Origin: Terriglobia bacterium
GTDB lineage: Bacteria > Acidobacteriota > Terriglobia > 20CM-2-55-15
Assembly (NCBI GenBank): GCA_963664115.2
Contig: CAXWPJ010000002.1
Span: 775,160 to 799,159 of the forward strand
Length of the DNA: 24,000 bases
Direction of reading: 5' to 3'
Shown here piece by piece: positions 1-8,704 of the stretch. Both the position numbers and the translations under genes were made by a program. The notes below the pieces were generated by a model. It made no database searches. It was given only the letters and a program-made list of their open reading frames with translations, and was not told the DNA's origin. Every line of letters begins with the position of its first letter. Within the stretch, counting starts at the first letter, position 1.

Positions 1-343
1 GCGGTCTGTTGTATTCCAGCAAGCGCGCCAGACCAACGGGATTCGCGCCTCCGAGCGGATCGTTCCCAAACGCTGGGGGTGCGCGTCTTGGCCCTTTTCC
101 CGGCTTGTTTTCGTTGAACGCGGCCAGCCCCTGCGGCGTCCATGGCGGTTCCTGGTTGCTCCATTCCGTCAGGCGGATCCCCTCGTCCACCAGGGCGCCG
201 CCTCCGCCTGTTCCGAACATCCATACGCCGGTGAGGTCCTGCTTATCGAATCCTTGCTGCCCCCCCTGGGCCATGGCCCCAAGCGAAAGGAAACCCAGGG
301 CGAACGCCAACAATATGATTAAACTGATTCCACGATTCTGCAT
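1..343 (-). CDS. Secreted hypothetical protein, N-terminal part (gene continues past the left edge)
   Basis: Absent from the ORF track because it has no stop inside the window. ATG at 343-341 with GGAG 6 nt upstream. Hand translation: MQNRGISLIILLAFALGFLSLGAMAQGGQQGFDKQDLTGVWMFGTGGGGALVDEGIRLTEWSNQEPPWTPQGLAAFNENKPGKGPRR... This is a signal peptide followed by a non-repetitive mature sequence, open to position 1. It lies 28 nt downstream of the 372..761 gene on the same strand. Confidence 0.6.
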   Translation of the reverse strand, partial: MQNRGISLIILLAFALGFLSLGAMAQGGQQGFDKQDLTGVWMFGTGGGGALVDEGIRLTEWSNQEPPWTPQGLAAFNENKPGKGPRRAPPAFGNDPLGGANPVGLARLLEYNRP

Positions 344-371
344 CTGAAACTCCACGTTGTTGAGACCAGTC

Positions 372-761
372 TTACTCGATCGGCAAGAGTTCCTCGCCGT
401 TCACAAACACGGACTCCCGCCAGTCGATCTCCCCAATGGGCGAGCCGGCCCTAGATGGATACATGTAAAGTCTGACCTCGTCGCCCAGTTCAAAAATGTC
501 TTGGGCATACCCCCGCCTGGCGAACATGCCCGGGCTGAGAGTCTCCGCGCCCCAATTCACCACTTTTCCATCCGCGCCGGTCACATCGAAGAAGAGCCGA
601 GCGTGTGGATTGGCCCAAACCCACTCGGTCACGGTTCCTTCCAGCTCGATGGGATTGTCGCGGTCATAGGATATCGCCGTGCCGTGGTGCGCGAACACCG
701 GCCCGGAAACCACAAGAAAGCCCACGAGTAAGGCAAGGCATGTTCGGTCCGTCACTTTCAT
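372..761 (-). CDS. Small secreted protein, DUF6152-like; predicted mature N-terminus HHGTA
   Basis: ATG at 761 with AGGAGA 6 nt upstream. Signal peptide ...SGPVFA|HHGTAISYD. The pattern HH..YD...G.V.EW.W.NPH matches my memory of the DUF6152 family. The plus-strand ORF 357..731 is its Arg/Pro-rich shadow. Confidence 0.7.
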   Translation of the reverse strand: MKVTDRTCLALLVGFLVVSGPVFAHHGTAISYDRDNPIELEGTVTEWVWANPHARLFFDVTGADGKVVNWGAETLSPGMFARRGYAQDIFELGDEVRLYMYPSRAGSPIGEIDWRESVFVNGEELLPIE

Positions 762-771
762 GTGAACTCTC

Positions 772-1119
772 CTAAATAAATGCTAGTTGTAAAATAGATA
801 CTTGCCTCTTGTTGGTGAGGGACCGATACGACATCCGCGCCTCGGCCTGTGGCCGCGCGCGGGTTGACATAACACCCATACGACGACATTGACAGCGCTG
901 CCATAGCCGTCGGCCGCTGCTTATATCGCTTATCCGTAGCTTGGCTTCACGTTCAAACCACGCGAGTCGATCCGCATCCTTGGCAAACTCTTCAGGAAGC
1001 GTCTTGATGGCGACTTCGCGTCCGAGTTTCGTATCTCGCGCACGCCACACTTCCCCCATGCCTCCTTTTCCAAGGAGCGTTGAGATCTCGTAGTGGCCGA
1101 GTTTGGTGCCGGATTCCAT
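772..1119 (-). pseudogene. Ser/Thr protein kinase remnant; only the first ~61 codons are kinase-like
   Basis: [61 protein letters not shown] carries the Gly-rich ATP loop and the VAIK lysine. Kinase similarity ends near nt 937. The rest of the ORF is Arg/Cys-rich nonsense and no catalytic loop follows. Confidence 0.7.
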
Positions 1120-1239
1120 AATTACGGTCTGTCAGAACAGTGTATAGAAAGCTGGGGGCAGTCTATAGAAGGAGTGGGATAGCAGGCAATGAATTCTCAA
1201 GGTCCGACAAGATGATTTCTCAGGACTTGAACTCGAACA

Positions 1240-2190
1240 TCAGGGTACCGGAACCCGTTCCTTCAGTTCTTCAAACCAGTTAAGGACGATATTGATTTGG
1301 GGGCGGGAGGGTTCGCCCGGTTCTGTCTGCCCGCTCGCCGGCACCCAGGCGAGCGACCCCGAGTCGGAAACAGAGTACTGGGACGGTCGCGTCCGAACAC
1401 CCTCGAAGAGGGTAACCGGCTCACCCACGGCTTCGAGCGTGGTCAGATCAAACGGAACCGCGAACAGCACATCATCTAAACCGTAAAGAAGGTGACCGGT
1501 CGGGAGATACCGCGGGAATAAACCGGGGAACAGGACCTTTCTCTCTCCGGATTCCAGCGACTGCACGACGACGTCTCCTTCTACTGGCCCCTCGGCCTGG
1601 AACAGCACCGATCTTCCGTCGGGCAGAATCCGAGGCCCATAAGTAAGAGACGCACCGGAGTCCTCGATCAGCACTTCAGGCGGCCCCCCATTTGCCGAAA
1701 CCTGCATGACGGTTTCGTTCTGGCCCCACACGATGGTCTCGTCAGCGCCCCAAAATGGGCGGCCTGTCGGATCGCCGGCAGTATCGGTGAGCGTCACGTG
1801 AGTGCCCCCGCTGACGGGAATCTTCTTCAATTGACTGTCAGCTTCAGACCAGTAGCCAATCCACGCGCCATCCGGTGAAAAGAATGGGTCCGATGGATCG
1901 ACATCGCTTCCCGGAATAGGGCTCGATACGAGGGTATCCATTGCCAACAAATAGAATTGTTGATTGGCTACGTACACCATCATGGAGCCGTTCGGAGAAA
2001 GAGCCATAAGCGGGCTGCCTACGAGAGTGAATTGTTGGCCTTCGGGCAGGACATGAGAAAAGCGGCTGACCTCTAAGGCAGATGGGGCCGGGGAAGGCCT
2101 CGAGTTGCAGGCGGCTGTGGCGGCGATCACGGCCAGAACGATGGCCGCAGCCCACGGCAGCTTCGATTGCGCTTTGGTACCTGAATCCAT
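1240..2190 (-). CDS. Membrane-anchored TolB-like beta-propeller protein (C-terminal module of kinase-propeller proteins, no kinase domain)
   Basis: N-terminal hydrophobic segment LPWAAAIVLAVIAATAAC. Repeated SPDG/LPDG propeller motifs (FFSPDGAWIGY, ILPDGRSVLF). The C-terminal ...INIVLNWFEELKERVPVP tail is typical of acidobacterial kinase-propeller proteins. Confidence 0.75.
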   Translation of the reverse strand: MDSGTKAQSKLPWAAAIVLAVIAATAACNSRPSPAPSALEVSRFSHVLPEGQQFTLVGSPLMALSPNGSMMVYVANQQFYLLAMDTLVSSPIPGSDVDPSDPFFSPDGAWIGYWSEADSQLKKIPVSGGTHVTLTDTAGDPTGRPFWGADETIVWGQNETVMQVSANGGPPEVLIEDSGASLTYGPRILPDGRSVLFQAEGPVEGDVVVQSLESGERKVLFPGLFPRYLPTGHLLYGLDDVLFAVPFDLTTLEAVGEPVTLFEGVRTRPSQYSVSDSGSLAWVPASGQTEPGEPSRPQINIVLNWFEELKERVPVP

Positions 2191-2192
2191 TG

Positions 2193-2221
2193 ATTATATG
2201 TACAGAAAAACGAAATTTGAA
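2193..2221 (-). promoter_or_regulatory. Possible sigma70-type promoter giving a leaderless transcript for the 1240..2190 gene
   Basis: On the minus strand: TTCAAA (2221-2216), 17-nt spacer, TATAAT (2198-2193), then CA, then ATG at 2190. No Shine-Dalgarno sequence. It lies in an AT-rich 80-nt gap. Confidence 0.25.
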
Positions 2222-2269
2222 AATATGGCTAGATATAACTACAGCTTGGATTGATAAGCAAGAAAAGTC

Positions 2270-4198
2270 TCAAGGCCTGAGCCCTTTGCTGAACACTTCA
2301 TATTGCCGGGCAGCCAAAGGCAATACCAATGCCAGGCCGAGCAGGTCGGTGATCCAACCGGGATGAATTAACACCACGGCTCCGACGAACACGACCGTGC
2401 GTTCCCATCCCGCCAGTGCTGTCCTGGCGTGTCCGATGACTCCGGCTGCGAGCGCCATGACCCCGATCACGCCTGTCGTTGCTGCCAGGAGAATTTCGGT
2501 GGCGGTACCGATCATCAAAAACGCGGGATTCAGCACGAACATGAACGGCAGGATGTAGCCGGCAAGGGAAAACCTCCATGCCGTAAACCCTGTCCGCATG
2601 ATGTCGGCGCCCGCGATCGCTGCGCCGGCATATGCTGCCAGAGCCGTTGGGGGCGTCACCATCGACATCATGCCGAAGTAGAGAATGAACATATGCGCGC
2701 CGATCGGGAGAATCCCCAAGCTCACCAGTGCGGGTGCCGCCAGGGTTGCCAGCAGGAGATAGCAAATGGTTGTCGGGAGCCCGAGTCCGAGAATCACGGA
2801 GGAAAACATCACCAATACCAACGCCGCGTAGATATTCCCGGCGGACAACTCGAGAATGATGGATGCAAAACGGGAGCCCAGAGCCGTCATCACGGTGATC
2901 CCAATGATGATTCCAACCGAGGCGCTGGCGCAGCTGAGAGACGTTGAATTATAGGCGGCAGTTTCCAGAACGCTGACGATCCGCCTCGGAGTCAGCCGCC
3001 CTCCTCTCACGAACATGCTGGTTACGAAGGTGACGACCAGTGCAAATGACGCCGCTCTCGGGGGACTGTATCCGGAAAGCATGAGCCCGACGAGGCAGCC
3101 CACCGGCAGGACGAACAAGAAAAGCTGAGGGCGTCTCAGGATGGTGAGCGCCCGCGCTCCCTGGCCTTCGGGCGACAGGCCACCGATGCCATGACGGACG
3201 GAGTAGAAGTGAATCGTCGTAAACAGAGCCACATAAAAGAGCAGGCCAGGTATCAAAGCCGCTGCGGCGATTCCCAGGTAGGGGACTCCCAGCAACTCCG
3301 CCATGATGAAGGCCGCGGCGCCCATCACGGGCGGGATGAGCTGGCCGCCCGTGGACGCAACGGCTTCGACGGCCCCGGCCACGTGCGGCTGGAAACCGAT
3401 TTTTTTCATCATCGGAATGGTGAGCGATCCCCCGGTGACGACGTTCGCGACGGCGCTGCCGTTGATCATTCCAAGCAGACCGCTTGAAACGACCGCAACC
3501 TTGGCGGGCCCCCCTCGAAATTGCCCGAATGCGGCCTGACCCAGATCAATCGCGAAGTCCAGAGCTCCGACCGTCTGAAGCACAGCCCCAAAGAAGACGA
3601 AGGGAAACACGTAGGTAAACATCACCGTCAGCGCGATGCCGAAGATGCCCTCCATGGTCAGAAACGACTGCGTGAGGATGCGGCTCACGCTGTATCCCGC
3701 GTGGCCGCCGATGTATGTGGGCAGATACGCACCGTAATATGCATACAGGACGAACACCGCGGCAAGGGTCGGAAGCGGCCAGCCGATCAATCTCCGGGTC
3801 GCCTCCAAAACAAGCGTCGTGCCCACGGCGCCCATCACAACGTCCAGAGTTGTCGGCGTGCCCATGCGGTTGATCAGGCCCTCGTAGTCGACCACGATGT
3901 ACGCACAGGCGATGATGCCCCCGGCGGCGAAGGCAAAGTCCAGGAGAGCCCGAAACGGACGCTGCGGACTCCCATCGGGTCTGTCGGTGGGCCGCAGAAA
4001 GGACAAGGCCAGCGCGAACAGCAGGAATATCGCGCGCTCCTGAAACGGTGGCAGCGTAAGCGTGTTGATCTCAAAGAGGACGTAGATCGAAAAGCATGCA
4101 GCCAGGACTCGAATCGAATAGCGGTGAACAGTTTCGAAGCGTGAAGGTCGTGGCCGGGCGGCGGTTTGGACTCCCCCAACGCCGTCGTTCGTGATCAT
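2270..4198 (-). CDS. TRAP transporter fused permease (TAXI-type, DctQM-like fusion)
   Basis: About 640 aa, highly hydrophobic and multi-spanning, directly downstream of a TAXI solute-binding gene. The track starts at TTG 4219. ATG 4198 has AAGGA 7 nt upstream and is the more likely start. Confidence 0.9.
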   Translation of the reverse strand: MITNDGVGGVQTAARPRPSRFETVHRYSIRVLAACFSIYVLFEINTLTLPPFQERAIFLLFALALSFLRPTDRPDGSPQRPFRALLDFAFAAGGIIACAYIVVDYEGLINRMGTPTTLDVVMGAVGTTLVLEATRRLIGWPLPTLAAVFVLYAYYGAYLPTYIGGHAGYSVSRILTQSFLTMEGIFGIALTVMFTYVFPFVFFGAVLQTVGALDFAIDLGQAAFGQFRGGPAKVAVVSSGLLGMINGSAVANVVTGGSLTIPMMKKIGFQPHVAGAVEAVASTGGQLIPPVMGAAAFIMAELLGVPYLGIAAAALIPGLLFYVALFTTIHFYSVRHGIGGLSPEGQGARALTILRRPQLFLFVLPVGCLVGLMLSGYSPPRAASFALVVTFVTSMFVRGGRLTPRRIVSVLETAAYNSTSLSCASASVGIIIGITVMTALGSRFASIILELSAGNIYAALVLVMFSSVILGLGLPTTICYLLLATLAAPALVSLGILPIGAHMFILYFGMMSMVTPPTALAAYAGAAIAGADIMRTGFTAWRFSLAGYILPFMFVLNPAFLMIGTATEILLAATTGVIGVMALAAGVIGHARTALAGWERTVVFVGAVVLIHPGWITDLLGLALVLPLAARQYEVFSKGLRP

Positions 4199-4230
4199 GT
4201 CAGCGTCCTTGATGGCCAATGGGGATTCGG

Positions 4231-5331
4231 CTAGCGGACCGGAGACAGGGTGTCTGTGGCATTAGCTGGTTGCGGGTTCCAAATTCCGATCTCTTCGAAA
4301 TACCGCAGGCTGCCTTCATGATATGGAATCCCGATATCCATAGCCGCCCGTTCCGGTGTGATTTCCGCGCCATGGCGGACCAGATCGGCGATCATACCCC
4401 TGTTTTCGTAGATGGTCTTGGCGATGAGGTAAACGTAATCGGGATCGGCGTCGGCCCTGACAAGCAGTTGGCAGGTGCCCGTGTCGACTGCCCAGAAATC
4501 CGAATCCATGCCTGCGTATGTCCCACCGGGAATCATGTACTTCTGAATAGTGGGGATCTGGGCCCGAAGGCTGTCCAGACTTTCCTCGTCGAACTCGAGG
4601 AATTTGAGGTTGTGTGTGGCCGTGGCGGCCAGAATGGTCGCATGCGGGATACTGCCTCCAACCTGGACCGCATCGACGATCCTGTCGGTCAGCATGGTGA
4701 CCGCGTTCGATTGGCCTTCGTAGACAGGCCGGATGTCGGCGTAGCTCACGCCATGGGCCGCCAGGATAGGACGCGTGAAGCTGTCCCAATTGCCCCCTGC
4801 CGGTCCAACGGCCACTCGTTTTCCCGCGAAGTCTGAGAACTGGGTGAGGCCGCTGTCTTCGAGCGCGAAGAAGAGGTTGACGCTCGCATGAAGAGAAATG
4901 ACGGCCCGGACGGGAAACTGTTTGTCGAAGGGTTCACGTCCCTCGATAGCCGGAAGCGTGACGGAAGCATTGGCAAGCCCGAAGTGGAGCTCACCTCCAT
5001 CCAACATTCGCAAATTCTGTCCCGACCCACTCGTCGCTTCGTTCGTAGCAATCACTCCCGCCAACTGAGTACCGAGGACCTGCGCGATCGCATTACCCAT
5101 TGGATAGTAGGCACCCCCGACAGTGCTGCTCGCAATCTTGATCCTGGATGGCACCGTCGTTCCGTCAATGACCACGGTGCGTTCGGAACCCTCGGGTCGG
5201 GCACACGATGTGGAGATCAAAACAGCAAGCGCGGCAATCAGTGCAATTGCTGGTCGGATCCGGGGATCTCGTCGAGATGCAAATTCAACCGTGTGAGACG
5301 GAGGTTCGAATACCCACTGAATCGTTTTCAT
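4231..5331 (-). CDS. TAXI-family TRAP solute-binding protein
   Basis: The core TVGGAYYPMGNAIAQVL...ATNEATSGSGQNLRML... matches the TAXI (COG2358-type) binding-protein pattern. The track start is GTG 5439. ATG 5331 (MKTIQ...) has GGGAG 9 nt upstream and is followed by a hydrophobic signal or anchor ending ...LISTSC. Confidence 0.85.
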   Translation of the reverse strand: MKTIQWVFEPPSHTVEFASRRDPRIRPAIALIAALAVLISTSCARPEGSERTVVIDGTTVPSRIKIASSTVGGAYYPMGNAIAQVLGTQLAGVIATNEATSGSGQNLRMLDGGELHFGLANASVTLPAIEGREPFDKQFPVRAVISLHASVNLFFALEDSGLTQFSDFAGKRVAVGPAGGNWDSFTRPILAAHGVSYADIRPVYEGQSNAVTMLTDRIVDAVQVGGSIPHATILAATATHNLKFLEFDEESLDSLRAQIPTIQKYMIPGGTYAGMDSDFWAVDTGTCQLLVRADADPDYVYLIAKTIYENRGMIADLVRHGAEITPERAAMDIGIPYHEGSLRYFEEIGIWNPQPANATDTLSPVR

Positions 5332-5693
5332 AGAAGTTTGCTCCCAGATATGCGCGCGTCGTTCCATCGATCGTTTAAAGACACGCCGCGCCTGACGTTT
5401 CCCCGAGACAGGGTACCTTTGACCGTTCGCTTTTGTCACGATCCGAATTTCGTGTTTTACGGACAGGCCGAGAGGCGTGGAGAGGGCGTATCAGGCGTTG
5501 ATGTCAATATAGGAGCGCCCCTGTACGGGGCGTGTCTTAACGAACAATGGTTCCATCGAACCCGGGCCATGGTTGATCTCGCAGGCGGAGATGCCTGTCG
5601 CGGGGCTGACAAACCGTGACGTAGGGGATACAATCGCGCTGACCCCATGGGTATCCAGCGTCGGCATGTGCTGCCATAGGCATACCCCCTGGG

Positions 5694-5912
5694 ATGAGCG
5701 CTGCAATGAACGAAAAAGTCTCGACTGAACTCGTTCTCACACTCGCTGGTTATGCCGGCCTGCCCCTCGCAGAGGATAGAGCCCAAGCCCTTGCCCTCAT
5801 CCTCGGTCCAGCGCTACAGAATCTGCGAGCGATGCGGCCCGAGGGTTACGAGCACCTGGCGCCGGGTCTGAACTTCCGTGTTCCTACCGCAGGCGACGAC
5901 ACGCCGGGATGA
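5694..5912 (+). CDS. Small AtzG/GatC-like (DUF4089-like) putative amidase accessory subunit
   Basis: A 72-aa ORF whose TGA overlaps the amidase ATG as ATGA (5909-5912). The pattern ...LAGYAGLPLAEDRAQALALILGPALQNLRAMRP... resembles GatC/AtzG helical hairpins. The start codon is uncertain (5694 or 5706). Confidence 0.55.
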   Translation: MSAAMNEKVSTELVLTLAGYAGLPLAEDRAQALALILGPALQNLRAMRPEGYEHLAPGLNFRVPTAGDDTPG

Positions 5913-7327
5913 GTGTTATTGATGACGGCGAGATCTTCTACCTTTCCCTCAAGCAAGTCTCCGAACGTATCGCAAGTGGCGATCTGTCGCCCGTAGAGGT
6001 CCTGAACGCTGTGATCGAGCGCACCTCGGGCCTCGAACCTCGCTTGAACGCTTACATCACACCCACCTTCGAGAGAGCCATGGACGATGCGCGAATGGCC
6101 GAGCGCGAGATTGCGGCTGGCAAATATCGCGGGCCACTGCATGGCGTGCCCATCGGGCTCAAAGACAACTACTGGACGGAGGGCATCCCAACGACCGCCG
6201 GCTCGAAGCTTCTCGCTGATTTTGTCCCGACCGAGGATGGCAACGCAGTCGCCAGGCTTCGGGCTGCGGGCGCCGTAATCACAGGCAAACTCAATATGCA
6301 TGAGCTTGCGATCGGTGGGACGACGACGAACCCCCACTACGGGGCGACACGCAATCCCTGGGGACTGGACCGCATTCCCGGCGGGTCGAGCGGCGGATCG
6401 GCCGCGGCCGTCGCGGCAGGTTTCTGCTTCGCCGCATTGGGCACCGACACGGTCGCGTCGGTGCGCCACCCGGCATCCCACTGTGGCCTGGTCGGGATGA
6501 AAGCAACATTCGGGCGGGTCAGCGTCTTTGGAACGGTGCCCCTCTCCTGGAGTCTCGATCATGTGGGTCCGATCACCCGTACGGTCGAGGATGCCGCGCT
6601 TGTATTGAACCGAATAGCCGGTTACGACCCCAGGGATTCCGGCTCGGTCGACGTCGAGGTGCCTGATTTCACCCGCCGGCTGGGGGAGGACCTGAACGGC
6701 GTTCGGATTGGGCTGCCACGGAAATATTTTTTCGAGCCTCTCGATCCCGAAGTGCGCGACTCGGTCGAAGCGGCCATCGGGGTGCTGCGGGATCTGGGCG
6801 CCAGCATTCGCGACCTTGAGTTTCCAAGCGCCCCGGAAGCCCACGTCATTTTTCCCTTCCTGAGCCGGCCCGAGGCGGCATCGTTTCAGGAAGATTTTAT
6901 TCGCGGGCGGGCTGAGGCATACGGGGATGTCCGATGGAACGTGGAACTGGGAGAGTTGATTCTCGCGACCGACTATATCCGGGCCCAGCGCCTGCGCACC
7001 GCCATGCGGCAGGAACTTGAGGGAATCATGCGGGAGGTCGATGCCTTGGTGATGCCCACCACTCGAACCGTCGCCCACCCTATCGGTGCTCCGTTTACGA
7101 CCGTCGACGGAAAATCCCTGGACGCATTCGGGCTGATGGTGGGTTTGACAGCGCCCTTTTCACTCACGGGTTCGCCGGCGATTTCCGTTCCATGCGGGTT
7201 TAATTCGGAAGGCCTCCCGATCGGGCTCCAGATTGTCGGCCGCGCGTGGGACGAGGCGATGATCCTGCGGATCGGGGCCGCCTACGAAGGCGCGACGCCT
7301 TGGAGTGACAGACACCCCACGCTTTGA
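5909..7327 (+). CDS. Amidase-signature family hydrolase (GatA/AtzE-like)
   Basis: Carries the GGSSGGSAAAVAAG signature and the upstream KDN motif (GLKDNYWT). Length is 472 aa. Confidence 0.9.
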   Translation: MSVIDDGEIFYLSLKQVSERIASGDLSPVEVLNAVIERTSGLEPRLNAYITPTFERAMDDARMAEREIAAGKYRGPLHGVPIGLKDNYWTEGIPTTAGSKLLADFVPTEDGNAVARLRAAGAVITGKLNMHELAIGGTTTNPHYGATRNPWGLDRIPGGSSGGSAAAVAAGFCFAALGTDTVASVRHPASHCGLVGMKATFGRVSVFGTVPLSWSLDHVGPITRTVEDAALVLNRIAGYDPRDSGSVDVEVPDFTRRLGEDLNGVRIGLPRKYFFEPLDPEVRDSVEAAIGVLRDLGASIRDLEFPSAPEAHVIFPFLSRPEAASFQEDFIRGRAEAYGDVRWNVELGELILATDYIRAQRLRTAMRQELEGIMREVDALVMPTTRTVAHPIGAPFTTVDGKSLDAFGLMVGLTAPFSLTGSPAISVPCGFNSEGLPIGLQIVGRAWDEAMILRIGAAYEGATPWSDRHPTL

Positions 7328-7442
7328 CCGAGCGATCAGGACGTTCTGGCGCTGGGCCCATCAGCGACGACCGCTTGACCATTCATTGAGCCACCGGTCA
7401 GTAACACACAGCATCAAACAATCACGCAAAGGAGTTTCTGGA

Positions 7443-8423
7443 ATGGACGGGAAAATCGTGTTTGAAGAACATATGGCAATCCCCGATACCCTGGACGATT
7501 CGCGCACATTCGCCGAAGGATCCGGGAAGTGGGACCAGTTCGCCCGCCAAATCCTGGATATCGAGGACGAGCGTATCGCCCGAATGGACAGCAACGGCAT
7601 TGAATTCGCCATTCTCTCGCTCAACGCCCCCGCGATTCAGGCGATTCTGGACACGGACACGGCGATCGAAGTGGCTACCCGTGCCAACGACCATCTGGCG
7701 GAGGCCGTCGCCAAACATCCGAATCGTTTTGCGGGCTTTGCAGCCCTTCCCATGCAAGATCCGGACGCCGCCTCGGAAGAGCTGATCCGCTCGGTCAAAG
7801 ATCTGGGTTTCAAGGGTGCTCTCGTCAATGGATTCACACAGAAAGGTGTTCCCGATTCGGCGATCTACTTCGATATCCCCGAGTACCGGAGTTTCTGGTC
7901 CACGGTGTCCGAACTGGACGTGCCGTTCTATCTACACCCAAGAATGCAGATTCCTTCACGTGCTCAACCCTATGAAGGGCACCCGTGGCTGATGAGTTCG
8001 CCCTGGGGCTTTGCGGTGGAAACTTCGATCCACGCACTCCGAATGTGTGGTTCAGGCATGTTCGACGATTTTCCCAATCTGAAAATAATTGTCGGCCATC
8101 TCGGTGAACACATCCCTTACGATCTCTGGCGCATCGACGCCCGGATGCGCTTTTCCCGGCGCGGCTACGAGGGCAAGCGCTTTCTCGGCGAGTACTTCCG
8201 CGACCACTTCTATGTGACGACCAGCGGCAATTTCTGTGATCCGTCGTTCCAGTGCGCCCTGGAAGTGATGGGCGCAGCTCGCATGTTTTTTTCGGCTGAT
8301 TATCCATTCGAGAAAATGGAAGATGCTGCCGACTGGTTCGACAACGCCCCCCTGTCCGATGCCGAGCGCCTGCAGATTGGCCGTACCAACGCGATCAAGC
8401 TGTTTAATCTGGAATTGAAGTGA
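7443..8423 (+). CDS. Amidohydrolase-2 family non-oxidative hydroxybenzoate decarboxylase (gamma-resorcylate / 2,3-dihydroxybenzoate decarboxylase-like)
   Basis: ATG 7443 has AAAGGAG 8 nt upstream; the track ORF starts earlier, at 7305. MDGKIVFEEHMAIPDT...LSLNAPAIQA...FAALPMQDPDAA..ELIRSVKDLGFKGALVNGF...PFYLHPR...IIVGHLGE.IPY.LWRID closely follows my remembered gamma-resorcylate decarboxylase sequence. Confidence 0.85.
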   Translation: MDGKIVFEEHMAIPDTLDDSRTFAEGSGKWDQFARQILDIEDERIARMDSNGIEFAILSLNAPAIQAILDTDTAIEVATRANDHLAEAVAKHPNRFAGFAALPMQDPDAASEELIRSVKDLGFKGALVNGFTQKGVPDSAIYFDIPEYRSFWSTVSELDVPFYLHPRMQIPSRAQPYEGHPWLMSSPWGFAVETSIHALRMCGSGMFDDFPNLKIIVGHLGEHIPYDLWRIDARMRFSRRGYEGKRFLGEYFRDHFYVTTSGNFCDPSFQCALEVMGAARMFFSADYPFEKMEDAADWFDNAPLSDAERLQIGRTNAIKLFNLELK

Positions 8424-8704
8424 CGCGGAGTGGTCGGGTGTCAGAAGTTCGATGCTTGAGAGTTTCGTCGGACGCGATCATGGAAATACCATGTAACGTG
8501 GCGCATCGCTCGCCGCGGAGGATCGGCTCTAGCGGGATGTTTCGCTGGACCTGTGAATTCGGCCGTGCGCCGGCGTTCCGATCAATCTGGAAAACGAGTG
8601 GAACCGTGTCGTACTGAGGGAGGAAAACTTCTCGACGAGCGTGTTACGCTCGACCGGACTGCGGCGACGAAACTGGTGTACACGCATCGCTTCTGAGGAG
8701 CCCC

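Noticed and set aside
250-256. Apparent frameshift at a C7/G7 homopolymer between the signal peptide and the mature part of the left-edge gene
   Set aside because: On recounting there are 7 bases in the run and the reading frame is continuous (…AMAQGGQQGFDK…). There is no frameshift.
9-347. Track ORF (112 aa, plus strand)
   Set aside because: It is Pro/Arg/Ser-rich with low-complexity composition. It is antisense to a much better minus-strand gene that has an RBS, a signal peptide and an open frame to the window edge.
772-2190. A single kinase-propeller gene split by a frameshift
   Set aside because: On the minus strand the propeller part lies upstream of the kinase N-terminus, which is the wrong order. 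Each piece also has its own Met-(D/E)-SGTK start.
4219-5619. Plus-strand ORFs 4219..4836 and 4888..5619
   Set aside because: They are shadows of the TAXI solute-binding gene and its upstream region. They have no motifs or ribosome-binding sites.
5846-7078. 410-aa minus-strand ORF
   Set aside because: It is a shadow ORF antisense to the amidase, which carries the unambiguous GGSSGGS signature. Its composition is Arg/Gly/Pro-rich with no recognisable motifs.
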